A stretch of DNA of 64,000 nucleotides from Octopus sinensis (Eukaryota), in the NCBI RefSeq assembly GCF_006345805.1, contig NC_042997.1, positions 166,842,001 to 166,906,000 of the forward strand, given 5' to 3'. The notes under the pieces were generated by a model. That model was not told where the DNA came from and did not search any database. It was given only the letters and a program-made list of their open reading frames with translations. Made by a program: the position numbers and the translations under genes. Shown here piece by piece: positions 13,114 through 27,587 of the stretch (positions are counted from its first letter, which is position 1; the number at the start of each line of letters is the position of its first letter).

Positions 13114-13860
13114 TAATATATTTTTGGTATATTATATATATTAATATATATATAATATACATACATATATATTATATATATACTACATATTTACACACAC
13201 ACACATACACACGCACCACACACACAACACACACACATATATATATAATATATATATATATATACATATATATACATACGTACATACACACACAATCACA
13301 CACACACCACACACACATATATATGCATTAATACATATGTATATACTTATATACTTATATGCAAGTATACATCTAATACCTACACCATATAAATATTATA
13401 TATCTATGCATATGCATATATGGTATGTGTATGTGTTAGTGATGTTTATATATACATATGCATGTATTAAACAGTATTTTGCCAATTAGGCAAGCTACTC
13501 GGTATTACTGCACAATATAGTATGACTATTATAATAATCAATATTGTTACTATTCAATAATAACCAGTATGGTTATGGAATTGTATTATTGAACTTTTTT
13601 ATGTATATGTCTTAAATACAAGAATAGGCCAGTGTGTATATACGTTTGAATAATACATACAGGTGAAATGTGCAGTAATGGACGTGTAACTAAACATATA
13701 TTCTTTAATACATTGCATAAATAACAATCTAGAACTATTTTATTCCGTGTGTGTTTTCTATGCTGCCATATTCTATAAATATAAAGTACGTATACACAAT
13801 ATATATATATTATATATATATGATATATATATATAATATATATATTATATATTAGATATA
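10900..13860. repeat. Tandem duplication of a ~1.46 kb microsatellite-rich unit
   Basis: Unique anchors recur at 11097/12572 (gtctaatgagtaag) and 12010/13464 (gtattaaacagtattttgcc). Differences are mostly 1-2 nt indels. Confidence 0.85.
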
Positions 13861-13890
13861 TATATCTGTATATATATATATATATATATA

Positions 13891-13933
<43 letters not shown>

Positions 13934-14784
13934 GTGTGTGGTGTGTGTGTAAGTGTGTATATATATACATATATGTATTATTATACATATGTATCGACAT
14001 ATATTTATGTATATATTATGTGTGTAAGCGTCTGCACGAGAGTGTATCATATATACGCACAGATATATGCACTCGCACATCTGTATATGGGCGAATATAT
14101 TTTAAACAAGACAAAATTTGAACGTAACTGCAAGAGTTTATTCTAAAAAATTGACATACCCTTTGCAGGAAAACAGAAAACTAAAATGTACAAACGTTAG
14201 AATGGGCAAGAGACAAAAGGCTAGGCGTAAATCCCATGTACCAAGGCAACTAATGAAAGTCATATTTACATTTTCAATGATAACATACCCAGGGACTGAT
14301 AGGATAACTAAGGGCGCATAGGGAAAAAAAGAGATAGCATCAGACTTCATATATATGTATAAGTGTATTTATGTGTGATCATGTATGCATGTATGTATGT
14401 ATGTATGTATGTATGTATGTATGTATGTATGTATGTAGTATGTATGTATGTATGTAATATATATGTATTACATAAATATATATATGTATATGTATGTATA
14501 TATATATGTATATATATATGTATATATATGTGTATATATATATGTATATATATATATGTATATATATATATGTATATATATATATTACTATTATATATAT
14601 ATATGTATATATATATAAAGTATATATATATATAAATATATATATGTTATACGCATGTGTTACAATTTTTCTGAATTTTCATATTTTTGTATATGCTAGG
14701 CTACTGGTTTTTAATTGATATTAATTAAATTAATATTCAATTTATCACCTCATTATTTAAATATAATATATATATATATACATA

Positions 14785-14844
<60 letters not shown>

Positions 14845-15319
14845 TATATATATATATATATATACGTGTGCGTGTGTGTATGTGGATGTGTGTGCGCGTG
14901 TGTGTGTGCATGAATCACAATTTAATAAAGGTTATCAGGGTTTCAGGTGAGATAAACTAACAGAAAACAGAAAACATATATGATTTCATTCATTGCCAAG
15001 TTGGTCCGATCGTGCAGTGAATTTTGCAGATTGTAACTTCGTAAACGTAAAGCGAGTTTCAACTCTCACTGTAGACACAAACATTAAGTAAAGAACTGAG
15101 CAGCTCCAACTTCACGTGACCAGATTATCAAAGTCCATCATTCGAAACGCTGAGTAGATAAAACAGGGAACAACTGATGAAGGGAATGCTCTTTATGTTG
15201 TCTGTCTCGTTTCTCTATTTGTTTCTTTCGTTGTTCGAGAAACAGTTCGTTTTCTATGTTTTTCATGTTCTCGTTTGTCATTTTGGTGACGTTATTTCAA
15301 TGTCCTGAACCATATATTA

Positions 15320-15351
<32 letters not shown>

Positions 15352-15886
15352 TTATATTATTATGTGATCGAACGCCACGCATCTATTTTCAAGTAAGTTT
15401 CATCTATATATATATATATATATATATAACGCATATGTATTAATGTGTATATATATCTATATATATACACACACATATGTATGTATGTATGTATGTATAT
15501 ATATATATATACACGTTTATTGATTCGTTTTGCAAGATTCCTGATTTAAAATCGTGTGTTAACACAGATATTGTTGTATTTTGGGATGTTCATTTTTGTT
15601 TTGCCAAATTAACACACGTACTATATATTTTTCTTTAATCTTTTCATACTGTTCTTATTTTGTTATTTTAACTCATGTCCATTGTCTGAAAATTTTTCCT
15701 CACACATCTGTGACCTCTTCAGCGATACTTTTCGTTTTTGTATGCGTTTCTGTTACTCCGCTGTAGAAATCACAATGAACATGAGTTAGAATAATAAAAT
15801 AAGAACAGTAATAAATAAGTGAAGGAAAAATATATAGTGCGCGTGCTCATTTGGCAAAAAAAATATGACCATCTCGAAATACAGCA

Positions 15887-15917
<31 letters not shown>

Positions 15918-16636
15918 AATGATGGTCTTAATCTGGTCACTCGAGGTTCTAGCTACTCGAGTTCTATTTTTATATAAATGCACTCATATGTACGTATATT
16001 TGTATGAAGACATACATTATGTATACAATATATATGATATGGATTTGCACATGTGTAATATATAATATATACGAGGATATATACGCACATATATACATAC
16101 ATATATATATATATAATATATATATTATATTATATAATATATATATATATGTCTATATATATATACATATGCGTGTGTGCGTGTGTGTATTTATATACAT
16201 ACATATAAGTTTAATGCTATCTCATTAGTAGTGATGATATATTTATCATGTATATATATATAGATATGTGTTTATAGGTATATGCATAAGTGTATGTACA
16301 TACATACAATATATATATATGTATACACATATGAGCATATACATATATTTATATACTTATCTACATATGTGTATATACATATATGTCCCTGGGTAAATGG
16401 CTGATTACATAGAAGATATATACAACTTTTATGGGGTGTATACTTTAAGGTGTAGATTTTTCATTTTCTTACAGCTTTTCTTTTTTTTTACAGTGAACTG
16501 ATTTTGCTTAACCAAACCTCAATATATTACCCTCTGGTTCCTGATGTTATTGTTGTTGGGTTTTTTCCTGTTGTTATTGTTGTTTTTGTCCTTGTACCTA
16601 AAAAGGTACAATATGGTCTTTGAGGCAACATTTTTA

Positions 16637-16771
16637 TCACTCATCAGTCATACCTTTATGGCAGACATCAACCACAACTGCTAACGCTTTCTCCCACGAA
16701 GATTTTGCCAAAGGAGTGAAGTTGCTTCCCAATCTCTCTTCCATGAAATCCATAAACACCAAAGCCAAGTT
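16637..16771 (-). CDS. Globin coding exon 3 (G7 to stop): NLALVFMDFMEERLGSNFTPLAKSSWEKALAVVVDVCHKGMTDE*
   Basis: Acceptor ttaattcttcag|AAC in phase 0 (G7.0 intron). LGxxFTPxAKxxWxK is an H-helix-type motif. Stop at 16639-16637. Confidence 0.95.
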   Translation of the reverse strand, partial: NLALVFMDFMEERLGSNFTPLAKSSWEKALAVVVDVCHKGMTDE

Positions 16772-17224
16772 CTGAAGAATTAAAACAAAGAGCATTATAA
16801 AAATTGTAATGACCGATATCTTCATACATTCCAAAAGAAACAACCACTACCGCAAAAGGGAAAGAAAAGTAAAATTAGTGGAGTAATTGTAGGAATAAAA
16901 CATACAAATTTATAGGTAAGTAGAATTGAAACTAAGTGATTAAGAGTATCACATAACAAAAGTCTATCAATAACTGTATAGCAAAACTGTATGTCCGACA
17001 AAAAAAAAAGTTGCAGTTGAGCCGGCTTCTTCCCTGGTCCTGACGGCATCACGAACCATGGAGGTCACTGGAAATAGCGAGCCATTTGCGGTTCTATCAG
17101 CGCAGACCGAACACCTGCGGACCTGAGAGTTCGTAGAGGTCCTCCTTCATCGTCGTTGCATTTCTTGATTACAGCCAAGAAGTTTCAGATAGTTGTGTTA
17201 ATTTAAATTTAAATTTTAAATGAG

Positions 17225-18018
17225 TATGCAGTCCTGCAAATTATATTCACCTGGACGGTCGCACCGATGATCTACGGATATTTATGTAAGTAAACTTACG
17301 TAATATGGTAATAGTGAAACATGTATGCGAATAATCCATATTTTTATTGCTTTTTTCTGTTGTTTTGCTCGATTACGTTTTGGTTGTTTTGCTAAATTTT
17401 TCTTGAGAACATTTCTTAGTGGTAAGACCATAGCGGATCTATTTCTAGCATAAGGGTGTCCACATAGTGGTTTCCCTCTAATATGTATATAAAACAATTT
17501 TACTGAACCTTCAGTTTTTTATATGCTAGACCACTGGTGTGAAATCGATGTTAATTAAATTAATATCTAATTTCTCAACCTCATTTTAAATTTAAATTTA
17601 AATTAATACGTTCTCTAACCGGCAAAGGCCGCTGCAGTAAAGTATTATCTGCAGCATCAGTTTTTCCGGTAATTTAGCGCGCCAAAACGAGGACATTTGA
17701 AATAGCATCCACGAGTGTAATGGGTAGGACTGTTTTACAAGTCTGACTTTATGCAGACGTCCGAGTATGCACTTCTGCAAATTATATTCATCTGGACGGT
17801 CGCACCGATGATCTACGGACATTTATGTAAGTAAACTTACGTAATATGGTAATAGTGAAACATGTATGCGAATAATCCATATTCTTATTGCTTTTTCTTT
17901 TGTCTTGCTCGACTACGTTTTGGTTGTTTTGCTAAATTTTTCTTGAGAACATTTCTTAGTGGTAAGACCATAGGGATCTATTTCTAGCATAAGGGTGTCC
18001 ACATAGTGGTTCCCTCTA

Positions 18019-18030
<12 letters not shown>
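17225..18030. repeat. Direct duplication of ~270 bp (17225-17495 and 17765-18030) inside globin intron 2
   Basis: gcaaattatattca...ccctctaatatgtatata is present twice, ~541 bp apart, with scattered substitutions. Confidence 0.9.
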
Positions 18031-18065
<35 letters not shown>

Positions 18066-18234
18066 TATATATATATACACACACATATATATATATATAT
18101 TATATATATGAGTGTGAGACAGATATAGGTAGATAGATAGATAACGAGAGCGAGAGAGAGAGAGAGAAAGAGAGAGAGAGAAAGAGAGCATGGTCTATTT
18201 ATACTAACATGCATATATTGAATGTAATAGATTT

Positions 18235-18445
18235 CTAATTTCGGGACAAGGCCAGCAATTTAGAGGAGGATGGGAAATTCGAGTACATCGACCCGAGTAC
18301 TCAACTAGTGCTCATTTGCTCGACCCCGAAAAGATGAAAGACCAAAGTCGACTTCAGCGACATTTGAAAACAGAACGTAAAGAGTCGGATAAAATGCCAC
18401 TAAGCATTGTGCGATAACGATTCTGCCACCGCTCGCTGCCTTCAT
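18235..18445 (-). mobile_element. SINE family A, diverged copy, ~50 bp downstream of the exon-2 donor
   Basis: aaagtcgacttcagcgacatttgaaaacagaacgtaaa...ctaagcatt. Confidence 0.75.
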
Positions 18446-18497
18446 TGAACGTAATATAGAAAATAAAGAAAAAAGAAAAAAAAAATGTTTCACGTAC

Positions 18498-18723
18498 ACG
18501 GAACGCCTGTTTCGGAACCCCTCTCATTTTGTGGTCTTTGCCTGTTTTGAGCAGCAACTTCACTAGATAATCAGCATTATCAAGATTGTTGACAATGGCA
18601 GTCAAAGCTGTGAACACACTTTTTGCATGCAAAACAAAACTGCCCATTTCTTTCATTTCAGCCAATTGTTTGCCTTTGAACTTAGGGAAATAGTCTATGT
18701 ATTGTGGGTATGTTGTGAACAAC
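18498..18723 (-). CDS. Globin coding exon 2 (B12 to G6), 226 bp: LFTTYPQYIDYFPKFKGK...VLHAKSVF...TGKDHKMRGVPKQAFR
   Basis: Acceptor ttgttgcag|G and donor CGT|GTACGT. Shows Pro C2, Phe CD1, His E7, Val E11, His F8 and Phe G5 at globin spacing. Lies within track ORF 18354..18794. Confidence 0.96.
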
Positions 18724-19559
18724 CTGCAACAATAAATTAATGAATTATTAGGTTTAGAACGGAGATGGTAAGAACAAAACTTTATAGATATCATAATTAA
18801 ATAATATAAACCTTTAAAGTTAGTCGAGTTAACTTTCTTGTCCTAAATACTCTCAACCAAAGTTAAAGATTATTCAAGCACCGGAAAACTCGTACTTCTG
18901 TTCTGTACCAAACTGGACACTGAAAGAGACAATCCACCGATTGGGACGGGAAGAGAATTATGCAAATTTTAAATAACTTTCTAGGTCATTATTGTCGTTC
19001 AACTCCAACCCTGCTATAATGATATGTTTTTCTCTGATTTCATTGTAGTTTTATGTGTGATAAAAGCCACTTAGTTGAGCAATGTTTTTCTCAGTACTTC
19101 TGCCGTGCGACTGTGGGTAAATCACTTGCAATTTATGGATTATGGGATCCCCTTGTATGACGAATATGAAAGGACATGCATAGCGAAATAGTTTCGCTTG
19201 CTTTCTTACCTCATATCTGCATAAACTCAAGACAATACAAAAACGAACACTCTAAAATAAAATATACGCAGGTCTGTAAACAACGTGTGTACACACGAAC
19301 ACACATAAGCATAGATGTAATCATAACACATTAAAAGTAAGATATATATCTGCAAATACAATTAGATGGACATCTACATGCATTTTTACATTTAGGCACA
19401 TATGCTTGCTTATTTATTTATGGTTGCACACACAAATCCGATAATATCCATATTTTTCTACATAAATGCAGACAGCCATATTTGTTCCATGCATACACAT
19501 GTAAACACAGATGCACATGATATCACGTAGAAACTGATTCATAGTCACAGAAATACGCG

Positions 19560-20050
<491 letters not shown>

Positions 20051-21272
20051 CGCACACCTATGTTTTGCAGAAACCTATCTTTATATATTCCGAGACACAA
20101 ATTCCTATACACATACTCAAACTCTCACACGCTTCCCTCAGAACACTGTAGCCATCACATTTACACATGTATTCTATCGAGATTTATTCAAACACCCTTT
20201 TATGCATGACACCACATGAAACATGCAACACGTACGCACATACACCCATCCGGCGCGTGCACACGCCCATAGATTCATTTCCCATGCTCACACATAAGCA
20301 CACACAGACACATATACAGATGCAAACACAACAGCAAATACAGCCTTGCAATAGTATATCTACATATAAAGCCATGTATACAGTGCTTGCTTTTTTGTTA
20401 CACACATACAAAGAAAATATACTACGCACGTTCACATACAAATAAAAGCACACACACGTGCGTACGCACACACACGCGCGTGCACACACACACACACACA
20501 TACACACACACACACACAAGCGTATATACCCACTGAAGCGTACAAGATTCTTCTTGCGTAAATTCTTCACCTAGCTGTTAAAAACAATCCCCAAAAGTCT
20601 ATAACAAAATATGTCCCGCATTTGTAAAAAGCAATCTCGCTCTTACAATCCACATCACAGAAATTCCATAAAGATAGTTTCCATTCTTGTATTTTAGTAT
20701 TGTAGTCATCTTATTTTATATTACTTCTATCAGTTCGTTTAGCCTCAAGCTGAAACTCAACTATTTTCATCACAACGAAAAATTCGGACAGATTGAGGTA
20801 CGCCATTTTGTTTTCTGTGTTACAATTAAAAAAAAAAATTGCATCAATCATTTACAATTGCCCCAAGGAGTTTCTTTGTTAGTTGTTTTGTTGCTTTGAT
20901 GCTTTTGTTGTTGGTAGCCTGCATGTCTATGTGTATGCCTATGTGTCGTTGTGTGTTTATGCGTATGTGCCCGTGTTAGATTTATGTATGTGTAAAAGAG
21001 TGTTGCGGCTGCATACATGCTTGTATAAATATATGTGTGCATGTTAGTCTATCGACATTCGTATGAGTGAATTTGTATGGAGAGCTTTATAAGTTTGTTT
21101 CTAGGAAAATGTTAGTGTATTTTTGTATTAGTGAATTAGCCTGTCAGTATACTCGTGTGTACACGGGAGCGCTGCAGTGAACCCAATATGCAGAAAATAG
21201 CAAACTTTATTAATGTTAAAATACTTGTAGCTTTTAATAGCAAGAGCAAGAACAATAATAGCAATGATTCTC

Positions 21273-21605
<333 letters not shown>

Positions 21606-21607
21606 AC

Positions 21608-21676
<69 letters not shown>

Positions 21677-21729
21677 CATCATCATTATTATTATTATTAT
21701 TATCATTATTATTATTATCAACAATAGTC

Positions 21730-23203
21730 ACCTCACGCGATACATATAGAGAGGGTTGGTAAAGAACCTGGCATGGGTGGGGCCCTGATTCATTTGGATC
21801 AATCCAAAGCTTTTGATAGGGTAGACAATTTTTACTTGGAGGCTGTCCTCAAGGCGGCTGGTTTCGGTCCCGTTTTCAGAGGCTGGATTGCTGCAATGTA
21901 CAGCAACAACTGTTCGGTGGTCAAAGCAAACGGCCACCTCTCACAATCATTTAGTATCGCACGTTCGATCCGTCAAAGAAGTCCACTTTCACCCCTTCTC
22001 TACGCACTGGCACTCGAGCCATTACTGAGGAAGCTGGAGATTTCGAGGGGCATCCTGCATGAACTGGGATGCGGATGGTTCGTGTCGGTGTATACAGATG
22101 ACGTCTCCGTGATTGTGTCTGACATCTCCGAAATCGAGATGGTCGGCACTACCCTAAGGGAATACGAAGAGGTTACAAGAGCAATGATCAACCAGGAGAA
22201 GTAAGTGGTTCTTCAGCTCGGTACCTGGAGAGAGAGGCCCATGCCATCCGACAGTGTGGTGGGGCGCTGACGGAAGGACCTGTTAAGTTGTTTGGAGTCT
22301 GGTTCGGTCCAGATCTCCAAGTGGACAAGAACTGGGGTGAGATGACAGACAAGGTAGCCAGTCTCACCCAGAAAGGTCGGACGGAAGTGGCAAATGCGTA
22401 CATCGCATCCGTCATATACTACAGCCTGGCTGTCCTCCCTTGCTCCGCCTCGTGGCTGAACGGGCTGGTACGTTTGCTCTTCCTGTGAAGGGGACAGGTA
22501 CCGCTTGTCAGACGGTCCATCTGCTGTCAGCACCCGCTGCGTGAAGAACTGGGTATGTCGTGGCTGAGAATGCGCAGACATGCGCTGGGGCTACGACATC
22601 TCTAGCGATACCTTAATGGTGAGCAGGTGTGGTCGCCGTTTGTTGAACGCGCTATTCCGTAGCTCGTCTCCTTGATGGAGCTACAGTCCTGGATCAGGCG
22701 TAGAAAAAGGCAGGGCGCTTGGCACCTAGAATATCTCTAAGTGCTCACAGCCCTTGGCCAGTCGGGCAATGCAGTCGGTAGAAGTTCTGCCTTGGAGTTC
22801 TATAGGGGATTAGTGGAGGGCAAGAACGATGATGTACTCGGAGAGATCTTGGGCGTTGGGGTGGTGGTGGTGGTTAACTGATTGGTCTCTTACGAAGGAC
22901 TTTTGGGCCAGAAACTATGGATAACTTCCAGAAATCCTTGGCCTGGCAGTGCCACCGGGGTGGGTGGGGGCGCTGCCAGTTCGTCATAAGTTCTACAGGC
23001 ACGGGTGTGTAGTCAGTCGGGCTTGTCTGAGATGCATGCAGAATGATGAAACCGTTCTGCATGCTCTCGTACAGTGTCTGCGCATTGCTGAGTTGTGGAA
23101 CTTTGTCGAACAGTTATTGTCATGTGTAGGACGGATCCCGCTATCGTCCGAGTCCATTGTGAAGATCGCCCCGCCAATTCCACCTGTTTTTTCCAGCAAC
23201 TTC

Positions 23204-23255
<52 letters not shown>

Positions 23256-24010
23256 TGAGTGAGAAATCATCTGTTGGAGCATCGAACAAGAGCTTTGCGT
23301 TATTTCTTCCAGTTGTTTACATTCTGAGTTCCAATCTCGAGGAGGTCAACTTCGCCTTTCATTGTTCCAGAGTCCCGTGCTAGCGTCGATGAAATCGACC
23401 AACTCTTACGTCAAAATTACTGACCTTTATTATTATTATTACTGTGGAATCACGTGGCCTAGTGGTTCGAGCGCCGGATTCACAATCAAAAAGTTATGGC
23501 TCAGATTTCTATACCAGGTGTTGCATTGTGACCTTAAGCAAGGCACTTCATTTCACATTTTTTCAGTTTACTTAACTGCTAATTAGAATCAGATGATTAG
23601 TGGTGCAGTCCTCCCCCACTGCCTCTCCCTCAATCTGTCACATCCTCGATGCTCCACTGGGCCAAGAGTGGTCCGAAATATCTCTGTCTGCTGACAACTA
23701 CAATTGACGAAAGCGTGGTACATACTCGATTGTAAGTGGAGGCTGTGGATTTACTTTCCTCTTCGGTGAAGCTCTCATCGACATTTTCAGGTTACGCTTG
23801 AAACGAGAAGTGAGAGTGGAGAAGGAAGTGCTCACTTCCAGTGAATTTGTTAAAAAGTGGATGATTGTGACAAAAATGGTTACAATGAGTGGAACTGCTC
23901 TAAGCATGCACCTCTAGATTGGAGCACAAAAAACTGGGTAATGGCTTCTAGCCTTGGTGGTCAAGATGATCCTGGTTTGTGGAATACATTGGCTTTTCTG
24001 TATCTGGAGA
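21730..24010 (+). mobile_element. 5'-truncated Tx1/L1-clade LINE (RT domain, Cys motif, C-terminus), interrupted at ~23200-23620 by (TAT)n and SINE fragments; antisense in globin intron 1
   Basis: LDQSKAFDRV...IRQRSPLSPLLY...YTDD RT motifs, premature TAA at 22202, ACLRC...ETVLHALVQC, and C-terminal RLRLKREVRVEKEVL. Confidence 0.9.
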
Positions 24011-24029
24011 ATTAAATAAATAATAAATG

Positions 24030-24260
24030 CGCCCTTTTAAAGCCCACCCAGGCTCATGGGCCCAGTTTCCCGGTTTCAATGGCATATGTGTTCCCCACCT
24101 GGACAGGACGCCAGTCCATCGCAGCGTTACTCATTTTTGCCAGCTGAGTGGACTGGAGCAACGTGAAATGAAGTGTTTTGCTCAAGAACACAACACGCCG
24201 CCTGGTTCAGGAATCGAAACAACAATCTTACGTTCATGGTGCTGACACCCTAACCACTAA
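24030..24260 (-). mobile_element. SINE family C copy
   Basis: Reverse head cttagtggttagggtgtc...gtttcgattcc and ttttgccagctgagtggactggagc core. Confidence 0.7.
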
Positions 24261-24559
24261 GCCAATTGCATCGTCCGTATATTTTCATATTTCATATTTC
24301 ATATAAAATGTAAATACTTTTTATCTCATCTCTTCGCCTCTCTTTTTCCCATCATTTTATGTCACACCCAACGCAGTGTCACCTCCAACGCAATGTCTCC
24401 CATATCTGAAACCCTGACGGCAAACAAAAGTAATCATCAGAGTTAATCATTCTCTGATGACTTTTAAGGTCTGGGTTATTTAGGTAGACATACCATACTC
24501 ATTACAAATGAAGTCGAGCTGTGCGCCGATATACTCAGGCAAATTAACATCAAGACCCT

Positions 24560-24990
24560 TAAGCAGCATCTCTCTTGAGCTTTCCATGCCTGATACGATT
24601 TCGTTCAAATTCTCTCTTCTTATTCATGCCTGCTTTCCTTCACAATAAACGATCCAGTGCAAGGTTTACTCATCCATTTTCCAAGATCTTGACCTTCTCC
24701 AGGGTATTCTTGATGCAGTCCTTATACCTTAATTTCAACTTTGCGCTGGTCTTTTACTACTAAACAGAAATTGCTCAGAGATCCTAACATCTTACATCCT
24801 GACCACACAACCACACAATCATAATCGATGTAGACATACTAGAGGCTCTATACTAGTAGAATAATTTCGTTCGAGAACTTCAACATCACTTACATACATT
24901 TCCCTCAGATACCCAGAAAATGGCGGAGACATTCTTGATGGTATCATTCCAGCTTTTTTATGCGACTCCGATCCTGGATCTCCGTTCGTT
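24560..24990 (-). mobile_element. RTE-clade LINE ORF2 C-terminal remnant
   Basis: HQECLRHFLGI*...VSDVEVLER...SIE...RL*LCGCVVRM*D...LRYKDCIK...ALDRLLWR resembles the RTE/BovB C-terminus, with stops. Confidence 0.75.
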
Positions 24991-24996
24991 ATGACG

Positions 24997-25275
24997 ACGT
25001 GTGTTCCAGTTGATATGATCAACCGAACAGCCTGCTCGTGAAATTAACGTACAAATGACTGACCTCTCCACAACCGTGCGTATCCTTAACGTAGTTCTTA
25101 GGGAAGTTCAGCGTGACACACAGTGGGACAAGTCTGGCCCTTTCAATTACAGATACAACTAATTTTTACCAGCTGGATGGACTGGAGCAGCGAAAAATAA
25201 AGTACTTTGCTGAAGGACCCATCGCACCGCCGGAAATCGAACTTACGACATTACAATCATGGCCAGAATACCCTA
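24997..25275 (-). mobile_element. SINE family C copy
   Basis: Homologous to the 3' part of 56472-56850 (ccttaacgtagttct, aacagcctgctcgtgaaattaac). Confidence 0.75.
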
Positions 25276-25373
25276 GCCATTAAGCCATGCACCTTCCAGG
25301 AAGTAATTCAGGTTTAACATGAATGAAGACAAAAGACGAGTATATATAAATACATACCGACATACATACATGC

Positions 25374-25404
<31 letters not shown>

Positions 25405-25515
25405 TGTATGTATGTATGTATGTATGTGTGTGTGTGTATGTATGTATGTATGTATGTATGTATGTATGTATGTATGTATGTATGTATGTATGTATGTATG
25501 TATGTATGTATGTAT

Positions 25516-25926
25516 CAGGGACGTGCCGCCTGGGTAGGTAAGGTAGGCAGCGCCTGCTCTGAATAGAATAGATCGATAGTAATATTTTCCTTTTTATGGC
25601 AAAAACATGCAACTAATTCAATAAAATTATGAAAGTTACTCTGAGAACTATGCATAAAATAAAAAAAATATTTTATTTTTTTGTAGATTAGCTAGACATA
25701 ATTTGCCCCTGCCTTTCAATCTCAATATTAAAGTAACGCATAGAACTGCTGTAGTACACCTACTGCGTACATTCCAACAACGACGTTTTCTTTACGCGCT
25801 TTAAAGGAAGAAGTGAATCTGCCTACAACTCAGTTGCGCGCCAGTGTTTTCGCATATTTTTTTGTGTTTTATTACATAAACGTCACCAACTGCCTATCCT
25901 CAGTAATAACTCACGGGACGTGCCTG
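25516..25926. mobile_element. hAT-like MITE in a (TATG)n tract
   Basis: TIRs cagggacgtgccg / cgggacgtgcctg (11/13 match) and 8-bp flanks gtatgtat on both sides (the TSD is trivially repetitive). Confidence 0.6.
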
Positions 25927-26935
25927 GTATGTATGTATGTATGTATGTATGTATGTATGTATGTATGTATGTATGTATGTATGTATGTATGTATGTATAG
26001 GACACAGTTTTAAATTTATTTATTTACTGCTGACTATGTGTTTACGCTTCGCACTAAGTTCGAATCTATACTGGATAAAGATGTAGCTGTCTTGCGCACG
26101 TGTTTTGGGTACCTATTTACAACTGCATAATTATTCATTAATTAGTGATCTCAATGAAGATCTACAGATTCCAAATTAGTTTATTTGGTAAATAATAGAG
26201 AAACTCGAGTTCGGGATTAACTAATTCATTTCTTGTTCGTTCTGGTGTTATGACAGTGTGCCTCAAGAATTCCGTTATCGTGGTTTGTGCTTTAACTGTT
26301 CTTTCTAGCATGTAGGGAGTCCTGTCAAAGGACTTCTCTCAGTGTATAAAAATATTCTATACACTTTATATTTATACATGTATGTATGTGTTCGTTTGTG
26401 TGCTCGTATGTGTGTGTGTAATAACTCTTTGAACTGTTGATGTAACCACGATGTTTTGGTGACCTAACTTTATTTGCATTAATTTACGCTAATACAATTA
26501 CATTGTATTAACGCTGAGCATACATATTAATGCAAATATGCACGAATTATTTCTTCCATTTTGAAATTAATACTACATTTAGAAGGTTGCGAAACGACTG
26601 CAATCATATGGAAGTCATGTGGTTAATTAAATCTTCATCTTTCACATACCCTGACGTTATGCATCACAAAAACACGCACACACATACACACACACAAACA
26701 CACAAACATGCACATAGACATATGTATCTCTCTCTCTCTCTTCTCTCTCTCTCTATATATATATATACATATATATATATGTATATATATATATGTATAT
26801 ATATATATCTATATATATATCTATATATATAATATATATATATATTATATATAATATATATTATATATATATAGATATATATAGATATATATATATTATA
26901 TATCTATATATATAATATATAAGGCATAATTATAT

Positions 26936-26964
<29 letters not shown>

Positions 26965-26969
<5 letters not shown>

Positions 26970-27370
26970 CATAATTGCATGGTAAGAAGCTTGCTTCCCA
27001 CTCACATGGTTTCGGGTTCAGTCCCACTGCGTGACTCTTTGGGCAAGTGTTTGCTACTATAACCTCGGGCAACCCAAAACATTGTGAGTGGATTTGGGAG
27101 ACGGAAACTGAAAGAAGCATGTCATATATGTATATGTGTATATATACTTATGCGTGTGTGTGAGTGTGTGTCTGTGTTTAACCCCTCACTATCTTTTGAG
27201 AACCGATGTTAGTGTATTTATATCACCGTAATTGAGTGGTTCGGCAAAAGAGACCGATAGAATAAGTACTAGGCTTACAAAGAATAAGTTCTGGGGTCGA
27301 TTTCTTCGACTAAAACCCTTTAAGGCGGTGCTCCAGCATGGCCGCAGTAAAATGACTGAAACATGTAAAA
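26965..27370 (+). mobile_element. SINE family B (tRNA head, internal microsatellite, CR1-like tail), ending ~90 bp from the globin exon-1 donor
   Basis: ggttcagtccc B box, ggaaactgaaagaag, tail ccagcatggccgcag...actgaaac. Confidence 0.85.
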
Positions 27371-27456
27371 GAAAAAAAGAATGTGTGTGTGTGTGTGTGT
27401 GTACATGCAATGTTTATAAAATATGCAAATATACGTAAGAAAAAGTTGACGCTTAC

Positions 27457-27587
27457 TTTTCGAAGAATGCTATAGATTCGACCTTCTGGTTTGGTAAAAC
27501 ATATTTCCAGCTTTCTACGATAGCAGCTTTTTCTTTGACCATCAATCCAGTAGCAGGATCAACATCTTCTTCATCTTTGGCAGGCAT
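27457..27587 (-). CDS. Globin coding exon 1 (A helix to B12): MPAKDEEDVDPATGLMVKEKAAIVESWKYVLPNQKVESIAFFE-K
   Basis: Hand translation of the minus strand from ATG 27587. Contains a DPxTGL pre-A motif and Trp A12, and ends AA|GTAAGC (phase-2 donor at 27456) inside codon B12. Joins in frame to the exon at 18723. The true start may lie further upstream (see findings). Confidence 0.92.
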
